This document shows positions 9,383 through 18,779 of a DNA stretch of 64,000 nt, one piece after another (positions within the stretch are counted from its first letter, which is position 1; every line of letters begins with the position of its first letter). This DNA comes from an uncultured virus (IMG/VR IMGVR_UViG_2630968395_000002) (Duplodnaviria; Heunggongvirae; Uroviricota; Caudoviricetes). The stretch lies in the IMG/VR virus record IMGVR_UViG_2630968395_000002. One strand, written 5' to 3'. The notes below the pieces were generated by a model, which did no database searches, had not been told where the DNA came from, and worked only from the letters and a program-made list of their open reading frames with translations. The position numbers were made by a program, and so were the translations under genes.

Positions 9383-9751
9383 CTAGTTATTGTTCGACTT
9401 CAATTGAGGCTTCGATTGCGCGAACGCATCGCCAACCGCCTGTATATTTAGCCTTGCCGAGTCATCCATTGCTCGGTAATTCTCTACTAGTTTCAGCTCT
9501 TCTGTAGAGATAGTATCTGGAGGGGTTCGTTTCCCCGTCAGTATATACATGACGTCTAAACCATACTGAGCATTCAACAATGCGAGTGTGGCAGCATCAG
9601 GTACGGTTTCCCCTCTCTCATATTTGCCCCAAGTTCTGGTTGAAACACCAAAATTTGTCGCCATAGCCTCTTGGCTTTCACCCGTTTTTTCCCTTTCTTC
9701 ACGCAGTCGTGCGCCAATTAGGAATAATAATTCCTCTTTTTTGTTTGGCAT
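9383..9751 (-). CDS. Prophage repressor (XRE HTH)
   Basis: IGARLREER..SQEAMA..GVSTRTWGKYERGETVPD; divergent from the early operon. Confidence 0.88.
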   Translation of the reverse strand: MPNKKEELLFLIGARLREEREKTGESQEAMATNFGVSTRTWGKYERGETVPDAATLALLNAQYGLDVMYILTGKRTPPDTISTEELKLVENYRAMDDSARLNIQAVGDAFAQSKPQLKSNNN

Positions 9752-9766
9752 GGGAACAATACTTCC
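9721..9766. promoter_or_regulatory. Putative operators GGAA-N6-TTCC (9721-9734, 9753-9766)
   Basis: Two spaced palindromes in the divergent repressor/early-gene control region. Confidence 0.45.
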
Positions 9767-9811
9767 TTAAATTGTGTTGTACAGGAACTTAGTGGATCAC
9801 AATATACCATT

Positions 9812-10003
9812 ATGAAACAAGTCAAACACGATCAACGCTCGCGATTACCGAAAGGAATTGCTTCAAAAAACCCGACCCATATGCGTTTGTCTGATGATGA
9901 GCGTGCAGAATTAGAAGCGCTCGCAGCAAAAGAAACTCGTTCAATTTCCAGTATGGCGCGTCTAGTTTACTTGCGTGGTATCACCGCTATTCAGGCTGAT
10001 TGA
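9812..10003 (+). CDS. Ribbon-helix-helix regulator (first early gene)
   Basis: THMRLSDDERAELEALAAKETRSISSMAR, Arc/CopG-like pattern. Confidence 0.75.
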   Translation: MKQVKHDQRSRLPKGIASKNPTHMRLSDDERAELEALAAKETRSISSMARLVYLRGITAIQAD

Positions 10004-10015
10004 TAAGGGGGAATT

Positions 10016-10219
10016 ATGGGTAATGTCACCATTAATATCACCGTGCCCACGGGTTATGTCTCTCTGAAAGAATATGCCGCAATGACTGGTATCCCTTTTG
10101 CGACCTGTCGGGGAATGGTGCGTGATGGTCGGATTATTATTCGCCCGAAAGTTAAAGCTGGTGACAAAGTTGAAGTTAATTTGGTTGCTATGTTGAAAGA
10201 TGCCATAGCCAATAGTTAG
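10016..10219 (+). CDS. Cox/Apl-like regulator/excisionase
   Basis: YVSLKEYAAMTGIP..GRIIIRPK..VEVN winged-helix pattern at the cox position. Confidence 0.7.
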   Translation: MGNVTINITVPTGYVSLKEYAAMTGIPFATCRGMVRDGRIIIRPKVKAGDKVEVNLVAMLKDAIANS

Positions 10220-10230
10220 GGGAAAATACA

Positions 10231-10437
10231 ATGCACGCCTTAACCATTATTAGCCACCATTCATCTGCCTATCGTGGCTTTGTAATTACTCATCGGCCAA
10301 GAACTGCTATTAACCCCATTGCTCGCTATGAAGTATTCCTGGGTGAACAGTCTTTCGGTTTACTTGACGCTCAAGCACTCGCCACCGGCTTCATTGATCA
10401 GTTGTATATCGAACGTAAAACGGGAGCCGCAGCATGA
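10231..10437 (+). CDS. Phage early hypothetical protein
   Basis: RBS, coupled to next gene. Confidence 0.65.
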   Translation: MHALTIISHHSSAYRGFVITHRPRTAINPIARYEVFLGEQSFGLLDAQALATGFIDQLYIERKTGAAA

Positions 10438-10748
10438 AATCACCTTGCCTGCAGATAGCTAACGCCATACTGCGAACACACATGGCTGATATGGGAGAGT
10501 TAACCCGACGTGCGATAGAGGAAAATGGTGTTTTATCCCTTAAAGCTAATCTCCATGCTCGTGAAAAAAAAGCCATCACCAGCAGCACCCTTGCAGGCTT
10601 AAGTATGATTACCGCCATAGCGTGGCAATTGCGTGAAAACAAATTAGCCACTTTCCACCAACTGAATGCCGCAACACAGCAATTTCGGGAGTCAGGCGTC
10701 ATACCTCAATTTTTCAATGAAGAGGTACAGACATGCCGGGGCAACTAA
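10434..10748 (+). CDS. Phage early hypothetical protein
   Basis: ATGA overlap with previous gene. Confidence 0.65.
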   Translation: MKSPCLQIANAILRTHMADMGELTRRAIEENGVLSLKANLHAREKKAITSSTLAGLSMITAIAWQLRENKLATFHQLNAATQQFRESGVIPQFFNEEVQTCRGN

Positions 10749-10879
10749 TTGAATTGACCAGCGGAGCATTAGCCGTGCTGGCCGTGCTTATCTGGCTTGC
10801 GTTTCTGTCTGCCCGCGCCGTGATCCGCGATCACCGCCGTCGCACCAATATCAAACGCAAAGCGCGCCAACACTCTTAA
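10733..10879 (+). CDS. Small single-TM protein (48 aa)
   Basis: MPGQLIELTSGALAVLAVLIWLAFLSARAVIRDHRRR..; GAGG RBS; below the ORF-track cutoff. Confidence 0.55.
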   Translation: MPGQLIELTSGALAVLAVLIWLAFLSARAVIRDHRRRTNIKRKARQHS

Positions 10880-10889
10880 GGAGAAAGGG

Positions 10890-11150
10890 ATGAAACAAGC
10901 ATATTTCACATTGATTAACGACCTGTTGCAGCAATACCACTTCAAGGCCGAAAACCTGCGCGCCGCTTCCGCTGTTGCCGACGAGGTGCGAATGTTTTCG
11001 CTAAATGATTACGCCTTTCGTCTAAGTGTCGGTCTGGAGGGTCTGTTAAGCACGGCGCAAGCATCCGGGGATCAGGACAGCGCTCAGGAATTAGAGCTGT
11101 TGGTGACTCAGTGTAATTCCGGGGGTATTTCAGAGCCGACACATTATTGA
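10890..11150 (+). CDS. Phage early hypothetical protein
   Basis: AGGAG RBS, in operon. Confidence 0.65.
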   Translation: MKQAYFTLINDLLQQYHFKAENLRAASAVADEVRMFSLNDYAFRLSVGLEGLLSTAQASGDQDSAQELELLVTQCNSGGISEPTHY

Positions 11151-11177
11151 GTTAATTACTGTCATACCGAGAGGTGA

Positions 11178-11486
11178 ATGATGGGGCAAATTAATACGGA
11201 CGGTTCGCCGCTTTCAATGCAGGAATGGAATCAGAAAGTAGGTTTACGGCATTTAGACCGCATAAAGGAACTGTTTAAAAAGGATCCAGATGAAGAGTTT
11301 GAGCAGCGTTTGGAATCATTGAGCAAAGGTAAAACAAAAGGCATTATTTATTATGCGGCTGGGATAAAGAAAGACAGCCATGAAAGAAAATTCCGTGAGT
11401 TGGAATATCATGAAAGAAAAGCAGTACGTAAAGCGGCGTTGGATTTATGGGTTGATTTAAATTCAATCCCGAAAGACTTGTTATAA
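11178..11486 (+). CDS. P2-like early hypothetical protein
   Basis: GAGG RBS, in operon. Confidence 0.65.
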   Translation: MMGQINTDGSPLSMQEWNQKVGLRHLDRIKELFKKDPDEEFEQRLESLSKGKTKGIIYYAAGIKKDSHERKFRELEYHERKAVRKAALDLWVDLNSIPKDLL

Positions 11487-11568
11487 ATAAATCGCATTTT
11501 AACGAGTGATTAAATAAGGCGTATTTACTGCGTCGGGCTTCCTATTATCTAAAATAAGGCCATACAAC

Positions 11569-12336
11569 ATGACAGAACAAAAAAACAACACTGCGCATAT
11601 TACCATTTCATATTTGCGTGCTTTCATAAGTAGCAGTCCAGCTATCGCTTTATCAATGCTGACAAGAGAAAGAGCGCTTACCGATCTTGCGCAACTAGAA
11701 GGTATGTTAAATAGTCAATCGGCCTCTATTAGCGCACTGAAAGAGCAGGTAAAAATTGCGTCTGGCGCTGCAATGAAAGCATCGGGCTATTTAGATTCAA
11801 TAATAGCAGCGATTGAAACGACAACACACGGTAAAAACTGCGCTGCCAATTACGCAGACGAGACTGCTTTCAATGTTATTTCAGCTATCCATAAAACTGA
11901 ATCAGCCTATAGAGAAGCCTTGCGCACAGCGGAAGCATTCCAAAAGACAAGATTAAAAGTGGAACCTACCAGCGATCTATTCGATGCCCATTCATATGCA
12001 TATTTTACCCATTACGCTCCCTCTCCTGGTATTTATGGACTTACCTCCCGTCGCTCAGGGAAGGCCACTTACGCGCAATATATGACAATTTCATCTGAAA
12101 TCATTGATGAAGCTATCCGCGCCTCAAAAATACATCCCAAATGGCCGACTGATGTAGTTCACGCTGTCTCTATTCTCACCGAGGAATCAGGCGAGTTAAT
12201 GAAAGCGGCTATTGAATACCATTATAACAATGGCGATATAGAAGCCGTCCGCGAGGAGGCTATCCAGACGGGTGCAATGGCTTTGCGTGTATTGATGAAT
12301 ATCGATAAATACAACCGTCCGTCTGACGAAAAATAA
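11569..12336 (+). CDS. Hypothetical protein with C-terminal MazG-like NTP-pyrophosphatase fold
   Basis: ILTEESGEL..AVREEAIQTGAMALR, an EExxE..EE helical motif. Confidence 0.55.
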   Translation: MTEQKNNTAHITISYLRAFISSSPAIALSMLTRERALTDLAQLEGMLNSQSASISALKEQVKIASGAAMKASGYLDSIIAAIETTTHGKNCAANYADETAFNVISAIHKTESAYREALRTAEAFQKTRLKVEPTSDLFDAHSYAYFTHYAPSPGIYGLTSRRSGKATYAQYMTISSEIIDEAIRASKIHPKWPTDVVHAVSILTEESGELMKAAIEYHYNNGDIEAVREEAIQTGAMALRVLMNIDKYNRPSDEK

Positions 12337-12392
12337 ACACATATCCCTTTGGCGCATTGCGTTAGAGGGAGTTAATTTTTTAGGGGTGTGAA

Positions 12393-13046
12393 ATGAAAAA
12401 TAATAAATTAGCTAAAGCCATTGAAGCATTTATTGCCGCAGTGAAAAAAACTGGCTTTAAAATCTATCAGGCTTTATGCCGCTACGGCGCACATAATCGT
12501 GCTAACAGATGGTTGAAACGTAATTATCTTATTCTGGATACAGAAACAACGGGCCTTGGTAATGATGCTGAAATAATTGAAATCAGTATCATTGATTGTA
12601 CTGGAAAGATATTACTGGATACGCTTGTTAAGCCATTAAAAGCCATTCCCGCAGAGGTAACCGCCATTCATGGAATTACTAATGAAATGGTGGCTGATGC
12701 ACCAACGTGGCGAGATATTCATTATCAATTCATGACGCTGACGAATGACCGTACTCTGCTTATTTACAATGCACTATTTGACTCTCGTTTAATTTTTCAA
12801 ACGGCGGCTGCTAATAATTGCCCGGTGCCAGAGAAAAAATATATTTTTGATGCCGAGTGCGTTATGGAAAGTTACGCCAAATATTACGGCCAGTGGGATC
12901 AGAAGCGGAATAAGTTTAAATGGCAACGGTTGAGTAATGCAGCCGAGCAACAAGGCGTTGTTATTGATGGTGTCGCACACCGTGCGCTTGCCGATTGCAA
13001 AACAACGCTAGGTATTATCCGCGCTATGGCGGGGGTGAAGTCATGA
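12393..13046 (+). CDS. DEDDh 3'-5' exonuclease (DnaQ-like)
   Basis: ILDTETTG, IHGIT, YNALFD, AHRALADC. Confidence 0.9.
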   Translation: MKNNKLAKAIEAFIAAVKKTGFKIYQALCRYGAHNRANRWLKRNYLILDTETTGLGNDAEIIEISIIDCTGKILLDTLVKPLKAIPAEVTAIHGITNEMVADAPTWRDIHYQFMTLTNDRTLLIYNALFDSRLIFQTAAANNCPVPEKKYIFDAECVMESYAKYYGQWDQKRNKFKWQRLSNAAEQQGVVIDGVAHRALADCKTTLGIIRAMAGVKS

Positions 13047-13861
13047 AACGCATTTTCTCCCCGCTGAAATGGGCCGGTTCCAAAGGCCGTATTATGCCAA
13101 CCTTGCGCCAACATCTGCCCGCTGGAAAGCGTCTGGTCGAGCCGTTCGCCGGTTCCTGTTCCGTCATGCTGAATACTGACTATGACGAGTATCTCATTGC
13201 TGATATTAACGACGATTTAATTAATTTCTATCAGCAATTACAGCGGGATTGCGAGAGCATCATTGTTCTTGCAAAAGAGCTTTTCAAATTTGATAACAGT
13301 GAAGCGAATTATTATTCGAATCGTCAACATTTCAATGAACGCGAGTTAAGTGACGAGTACCGCGCCGCAATATTCTTATACTTAAACCGCCATTGTCATG
13401 GTGGTATTTGCCGTTATAACCAAAAGGGTGAATTCAACGTTCCCTACGGAAGATATAAAGCGCCCTATTTCCCCGAAGCTGAGATCCGTTATTTCGCTGA
13501 GAAATCCCAAAAGGCCACGTTTGTATGCTGTGACTTTTTCGAAGCGCTAACCATGACTATGCCGGGCGACGTGGTTTATTGCGATCCCCCTTACATTCCA
13601 ACATCCGCTACCGCAGATTTCACCAGTTACCATACAGGCGGTTTTAGTTCTAATGAGCAATTTTGGTTATCGGAAATACTCACGATCATAGCGGATCAAG
13701 GTTGCCACGTTATTGCATCGAACAGCGATACCCCACACGGCCGCTATCTTTACGAAAGTTTTGATATTCACAGCATTACCGCCCCCCGCTCTGCCAGTTG
13801 CAAAGCTGATGGCCGTAAGGCGGTAGGTGAAATTATTGCAACCTTGAGGGCTGCAATATGA
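13043..13861 (+). CDS. dam: Phage DNA adenine methyltransferase
   Basis: LKWAGSK, LVEPFAGS, YCDPPY. Confidence 0.93.
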   Translation: MKRIFSPLKWAGSKGRIMPTLRQHLPAGKRLVEPFAGSCSVMLNTDYDEYLIADINDDLINFYQQLQRDCESIIVLAKELFKFDNSEANYYSNRQHFNERELSDEYRAAIFLYLNRHCHGGICRYNQKGEFNVPYGRYKAPYFPEAEIRYFAEKSQKATFVCCDFFEALTMTMPGDVVYCDPPYIPTSATADFTSYHTGGFSSNEQFWLSEILTIIADQGCHVIASNSDTPHGRYLYESFDIHSITAPRSASCKADGRKAVGEIIATLRAAI

Positions 13862-13949
13862 CCAAGGGTGCTTCGACGGCGGAAGCGTTCATAAGGGCGT
13901 ACTTAGCCACGCCACTGTGGATAGGTATTGATCTGGCTGGTATTGCTGA

Positions 13950-16505
13950 ATGACCACGCATTCCCGTGGCCGCATCACCCCAGCTCCACCGCTGCCTTAT
14001 CCGGGCAGCGGTGATGTTTCTATTAAATGGGATCATCCGTGGAATGCCCCGCGCCCCGCGATTGGTGGTCACCAATCTTTAGTGCCGGCCGCAGTGGTAG
14101 CAAAACCAAAATCTCACCCGCTGGTTATCCGTTACGTAAAACGCCTGAATGCGCTGGGCTATACCGAGCTACGGGAGCCTAACCTCACATTGCTTAAGAT
14201 TCGTAAGGAGCGCGCCGCGCTTGAGCGCCAGATCTATTTGAGGGACAAGCAACAATGGGCGGATTCACCGCAAGGTGTAGAAGCCCGCATTGATCAGCAA
14301 CCTATATTTATTAAGTCCCACTTTCAAAATAAAATTAGATGGTTACGTGAAAATCATGGTGATAAACATACCAATGCATTCTTAACCGGTACCGGCAAGA
14401 ATGCATTGTTACGTCTGGATGCCGTGCGCCAATACCAAGGCGTTAGCCAGGGTCGTATTTCTGAGTTAATGGCCTATTTTCAGGGTATCTATAGTCACCT
14501 TGCCGAACTGAACAAGCGCCGGGTCAAGTCGCTGGCGAGTGAGGTAGCTGGCCGTATTAATGAAATGTTCTGCACTGAGGTATCAACACCCACCGAAGAA
14601 ACCCGTATTTTATCTGATGCCGAGTTATTGACCATTTATCGCAATATTGCGCTTGAGGTGTGGTCTTTACGGGTCAGGCCGCCGCACTGGCGCGAGTTGG
14701 GGCCGAAGCCCAATCAACCAGATGAACCAGTAGATCGCACGGTCTACTATTCCGCTATTGCCCGATCGATTAACCCCGATTGGTGGGAGCGTAAATTGTG
14801 GCGACTGCGTAATGATTGGCGAGAAAGCCAGTTACGCGCCGCTGGCTTGATCCACAAGCGTGCCGCACCCTATGTCAGTAAAGAGGCATTGGCCGACTGG
14901 ATAGAGCAAAAACGCCGTAATCGCGAATTCTTCAAGCGACATGAATTAGTTGATGATGAGGGTAACACCGTTTCTTTAGAGGCGATGGTGGATGCCAGTA
15001 TCAGCAATCCAACGATACGCCGCCATGAATTAATGGCTCGCATGCAAGGGATCGAACTGGTTGCACAGTCGCGTGGGGATGTTGGGGTGTTTTACACCAT
15101 CACTTGCCCATCTAAATACCACGCCAACAACCAAAGCGGCCACGCTAACCCGAAGTGGAATCACAGCACGCCACCACAGGCACAAGCCTATCTTACAAAG
15201 TTATGGGCCAATATCGGATCCAAGCTAGGCCGTGAAAATCTGCGCGTTTATGGTTTCCGTGTCGCTGAACCGCATCATGACGGTACACCGCACTGGCACT
15301 TGTTGTTATTCATGAAGCCGCAAGAACGCCACGCCATCACTGAGATTATGCGCGCCTATGCCGTTAAAACTGATCGCGCCGAATTAGGTAAGCGCACCAG
15401 CGCCCGGTTTACCGCTAAGCGGCTTGATCCGAAGAAAGGCAGCGCCACCGCCTATATCGCTAAATACATCAGTAAAAATATTGATGGATACGCGCTGGAT
15501 GGCGAACTAGACCATGAAACCGGCAAGCCGCTGAAAGAGACGGCCCGCTTCGCTATGGCTTGGGCGTCACGCCACCGTATCCGACAATATCAGCCAATCG
15601 GCACACCACCGGTAACCGTCTGGCGGGAGCTGCGCAAGCTGAGCAATCAACTGGTCACTACGCTCAAGATTTCCGGCACCTATCAACGCGGCAAGCCGTT
15701 ATTGATCGATCCGGCAATGGATGCCGTCACCGCCGCCGCAGATGCGGGCTGCTTTGCTACCTACATCATGAAGCAAGGCGGCGTGCTGATCCCACGTGAG
15801 GATTACACCGTGCGCATTGCCTATCAGGACAATGAACAGCCCAACGCCTACGGCGAAATCACCGAGAAGATTTTCGGCATCTATTCCCCGCTTTTGGGTG
15901 AGGCGTCGCGCATCTGTACTCGCCTAAAAACTTGGAAAATTGTCGCCCGCCAAAAGGTGAAGCCCGCCGTTGTCGTGGGGTTTGATGTTTTTCAGGACGG
16001 CCCCGCCGTCCCTTGGAGTTCTGTCAATAACTCTCCGGTAGAGCAAAAAACACGCGAACCGGATGAGGCCATAGACAGAACATTAGAAGAAAAAATAATC
16101 GATTTCACCGCGATCACCGATGCAGAACGTCGGGCCTTGCTGCGCAGGATAAAAAGCGCGCCGGTACTAACGATTAAAACCAACGCATTGACGCCAGCCG
16201 AAGAATTATCACGCCAGGCATCAGCCGAAAAAGCCGCCCAGCGGCGAGAAAAAACCGCACGACTGGCACCAGTGGCAACAAAAATCCGCGATTTTGCCGA
16301 GTCAATCGGGCTTTCCATTAGCGAACAACAAGCGCAATCACTGGCTTGCGGCGCAACATTGACCATCGGCGGTCAGAACTGGCGGGCAAGAGAGGATTGT
16401 TGTTTGTACCAGTGCCAACCAACCACCGCCCAACGGGCATTTAGCGTAATGAGCCGGGTGGCAAAATTGCGAGAGGGAGTAAACCGTGAAAGTCACCAAC
16501 ATTAA
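13950..16505 (+). CDS. A: P2 gpA rolling-circle replication endonuclease
   Basis: TITCPSKYH, EPHHDGTPHWH, YIAKYISKNIDG. Confidence 0.95.
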   Translation: MTTHSRGRITPAPPLPYPGSGDVSIKWDHPWNAPRPAIGGHQSLVPAAVVAKPKSHPLVIRYVKRLNALGYTELREPNLTLLKIRKERAALERQIYLRDKQQWADSPQGVEARIDQQPIFIKSHFQNKIRWLRENHGDKHTNAFLTGTGKNALLRLDAVRQYQGVSQGRISELMAYFQGIYSHLAELNKRRVKSLASEVAGRINEMFCTEVSTPTEETRILSDAELLTIYRNIALEVWSLRVRPPHWRELGPKPNQPDEPVDRTVYYSAIARSINPDWWERKLWRLRNDWRESQLRAAGLIHKRAAPYVSKEALADWIEQKRRNREFFKRHELVDDEGNTVSLEAMVDASISNPTIRRHELMARMQGIELVAQSRGDVGVFYTITCPSKYHANNQSGHANPKWNHSTPPQAQAYLTKLWANIGSKLGRENLRVYGFRVAEPHHDGTPHWHLLLFMKPQERHAITEIMRAYAVKTDRAELGKRTSARFTAKRLDPKKGSATAYIAKYISKNIDGYALDGELDHETGKPLKETARFAMAWASRHRIRQYQPIGTPPVTVWRELRKLSNQLVTTLKISGTYQRGKPLLIDPAMDAVTAAADAGCFATYIMKQGGVLIPREDYTVRIAYQDNEQPNAYGEITEKIFGIYSPLLGEASRICTRLKTWKIVARQKVKPAVVVGFDVFQDGPAVPWSSVNNSPVEQKTREPDEAIDRTLEEKIIDFTAITDAERRALLRRIKSAPVLTIKTNALTPAEELSRQASAEKAAQRREKTARLAPVATKIRDFAESIGLSISEQQAQSLACGATLTIGGQNWRAREDCCLYQCQPTTAQRAFSVMSRVAKLREGVNRESHQH

Positions 16506-16716
16506 TTACACCGACACCATTTGTATATTGTCAGCCGATGAACAGCGAGTCGCTCAAATGCTTGGCGATGCATGGAATCAATATTTACAGCTTTCAATTG
16601 AGCATCCCTGTGAACGTGATGAGTTCTGCCGAGCTATTCACGATTGCCAGAGAATCATATTAGCCCGCCCGGCAATTCGTGGGCTGGCGGAAAAAGGTCA
16701 GGGGTACAAAAAATGA
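16486..16716 (+). CDS. Small helical phage protein
   Basis: GTG start with GGAG RBS; AWNQY..HPCERDEFCRAIHDCQR. Confidence 0.65.
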   Translation: MKVTNINYTDTICILSADEQRVAQMLGDAWNQYLQLSIEHPCERDEFCRAIHDCQRIILARPAIRGLAEKGQGYKK

Positions 16717-17057
16717 CAACAGCAAGTGAACGTAAACGCGCCCAGCGCCTGCGCGATAAAAAGTTAGGCATCACCGAACTTACCTTACGTATAGATACCG
16801 CAGAAATGGCAATGCTTTTGGATGGCTGCGAACAGCGCCGTATTGCTCGCGGGCCTTATGAACGGGCCGAGTATTTGATCGGCTTGCTCCGCCAGGACAA
16901 TAAATTGCTACACAAACAGCTTGCTGAGTTGAAGAAAGACAGTTGCAAGCGGTGCGGTGATACATTGCCAGGTGATAGAGACGGTTGTTGTTTTCAAGGT
17001 GATACGGCGTGTTGGCAGACGTTGGGGTATAAGAAACTGATGTTGGACACCCTATAG
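16713..17057 (+). CDS. Putative DNA-binding protein with Cys-rich C-terminus
   Basis: ASERKRAQR basic start, RHH-like middle, CKRC..CC..C; ATGA overlap. Confidence 0.7.
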   Translation: MTTASERKRAQRLRDKKLGITELTLRIDTAEMAMLLDGCEQRRIARGPYERAEYLIGLLRQDNKLLHKQLAELKKDSCKRCGDTLPGDRDGCCFQGDTACWQTLGYKKLMLDTL

Positions 17058-17324
17058 CGCGAGTGCTGATAGTGCACCACGGCAATATTGCACAAGTCAC
17101 TTAAATGAATACATATGCGTGAAATTGAATAAAATACACGCGCCCATCAATTTACTCTCAAAACCACCCCACACCAAAGCGCCTCCACGCCACGTAGAGA
17201 GGTGCTTTTTTCATTTCACCTACAATGATGTACTTTTTATATCGAAAGACTAGGGCTGCGCATGGCCGTTTTGGGGGGGATTTTGAACCCATATGAGAAT
17301 GGATGCGGGGGCCAACCGCACCCC

Positions 17325-17350
17325 GTTCCGCGCGCCCCCCCGCCCGCGCT
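17325..17350. other. Putative cos site
   Basis: GC-rich CCGCGCGCCCCCCCGCCCGCGC at the expected position between A and Q. Confidence 0.5.
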
Positions 17351-17738
17351 TTGCAATGACTAGATACTCACTTTTCATGCAGTTAGAAAGAGGCTGAAAA
17401 GCCAGTATTGGCGCGGCTTAGATAATGATTAGGGAGTGAATAGAATTATGCGGATTGTTGCGCTTTGAATTTGCAGGGTTGCAGTGGTCAGTTTACTAAA
17501 TAATTTGGGCAATTATCACTGATTTTCGAGGTGGCCGTTGCGGCTTGCTCTTTTAAAATCGTGACATGGCACAGAAATAAAATCAATAGGCTTGTGACAT
17601 GTCACAAGCAATTTAATTTTCATCATTGTGACTGAAACAATTCTCAATATAAGAAATAAAGTGGCGGCCAGTTAATTTTCATGTGCATATAAATGCAAAA
17701 ACCGCCTAAAAGACGGTTAGCATATGCATAAGTTGGAT

Positions 17739-18779
17739 TTACTCTTGTTTGGCAAGTAATTCATACGGCTTAAATCTGACAACTTCCTCCCCAACCCAAT
17801 CATTTATTTCCATCAGCCGTTCTTGCAAGGGGGCCAGTTCGTTAATGGCAAACACCCGCGCGGCTTTTTCTACATCACCAAAACCGCCGGTGTTATTGGG
17901 TAAAATCCCCATCAGTTGAGGTGGCACCCGTTGCATAGCGAGCTGGTCGTCGCGGGTGACGTTCTTAATGCTGGCAAATTCATCCTTGGCGGCAACCTCT
18001 GCAAGTGGGATCACCTGTATGCCGTCCTTTTTACCGGCCGGGGCATACATAAACAAATTGCGGAAATTGCCCGGCCCTTTGGATTCTTTCAGCGCCTTAC
18101 GTAAGGCGTCGATATCCTCCTGTTTATGGGCGGCGTCGTTCATATACAGAATAAATCCAGCGTGACTGCCATTCAGATAATATTTACGGCGGAACAAAGT
18201 GGCTGCTTCATTAAGCCAGGTCGAGTTTAGCGAGGCGAGATATTCAGGAACGCCGTAGATCTCCTGATTAATATCCGGGTCTAGCAGGTGAAAAACGCTA
18301 TTGGCTTCAAACGGGTGTGGGTTGGCATAGGATGAGACATACCAATAGGTGTCCGCCTCCACGCCGCGGCGGGTGTATTTTGCTGGGCTGGGTACCAGTT
18401 TCATGATGCCGCCCAGCCGGTTATAGCGGGCCTCTAAAAACGAATTAGCGAATACCAAAAAATCCAGCGCATAGCGGCTAAAGTCCTGTTTTGATAGCAG
18501 CCGGTGCGGCTCAAACAGGCTAACCAGTACATTACGTTTCATGTAGATAGGCGAGCTGTGATGCACCGCCGCACGAAATGACTTAGCCAGACCGTTGAAT
18601 GACACCGGCGGCTCATACCAGCGATCCATCACGGCACATTCCAAATAATCCAGAATATCGCGCCGATCCATCATTGGGATCGGGTCGTCAAAAGTAAACG
18701 CCTCAGCCTGTGCGGTACTATTGCCCGCCATAGCTGTTGTCACCTTGGCCGAGCGGGTTTTCCTGTTGCGTTTACTCAT
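17739..18779 (-). CDS. Q: Portal protein
   Basis: FTFDDP, WYEPP, NQEIYGVPEY, FRRKYYLNGSHAG. Confidence 0.95.
   Translation of the reverse strand: MSKRNRKTRSAKVTTAMAGNSTAQAEAFTFDDPIPMMDRRDILDYLECAVMDRWYEPPVSFNGLAKSFRAAVHHSSPIYMKRNVLVSLFEPHRLLSKQDFSRYALDFLVFANSFLEARYNRLGGIMKLVPSPAKYTRRGVEADTYWYVSSYANPHPFEANSVFHLLDPDINQEIYGVPEYLASLNSTWLNEAATLFRRKYYLNGSHAGFILYMNDAAHKQEDIDALRKALKESKGPGNFRNLFMYAPAGKKDGIQVIPLAEVAAKDEFASIKNVTRDDQLAMQRVPPQLMGILPNNTGGFGDVEKAARVFAINELAPLQERLMEINDWVGEEVVRFKPYELLAKQE

Noticed and set aside
17594..17605. Canonical matS site
   Set aside because: Spacer is 2 bp rather than 3 bp; kept only as an unexplained palindrome
17057..17739. Defence system in the classic P2 A-Q hotspot
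   Set aside because: Non-coding; only cos-like, hairpin and palindromic sequences are present
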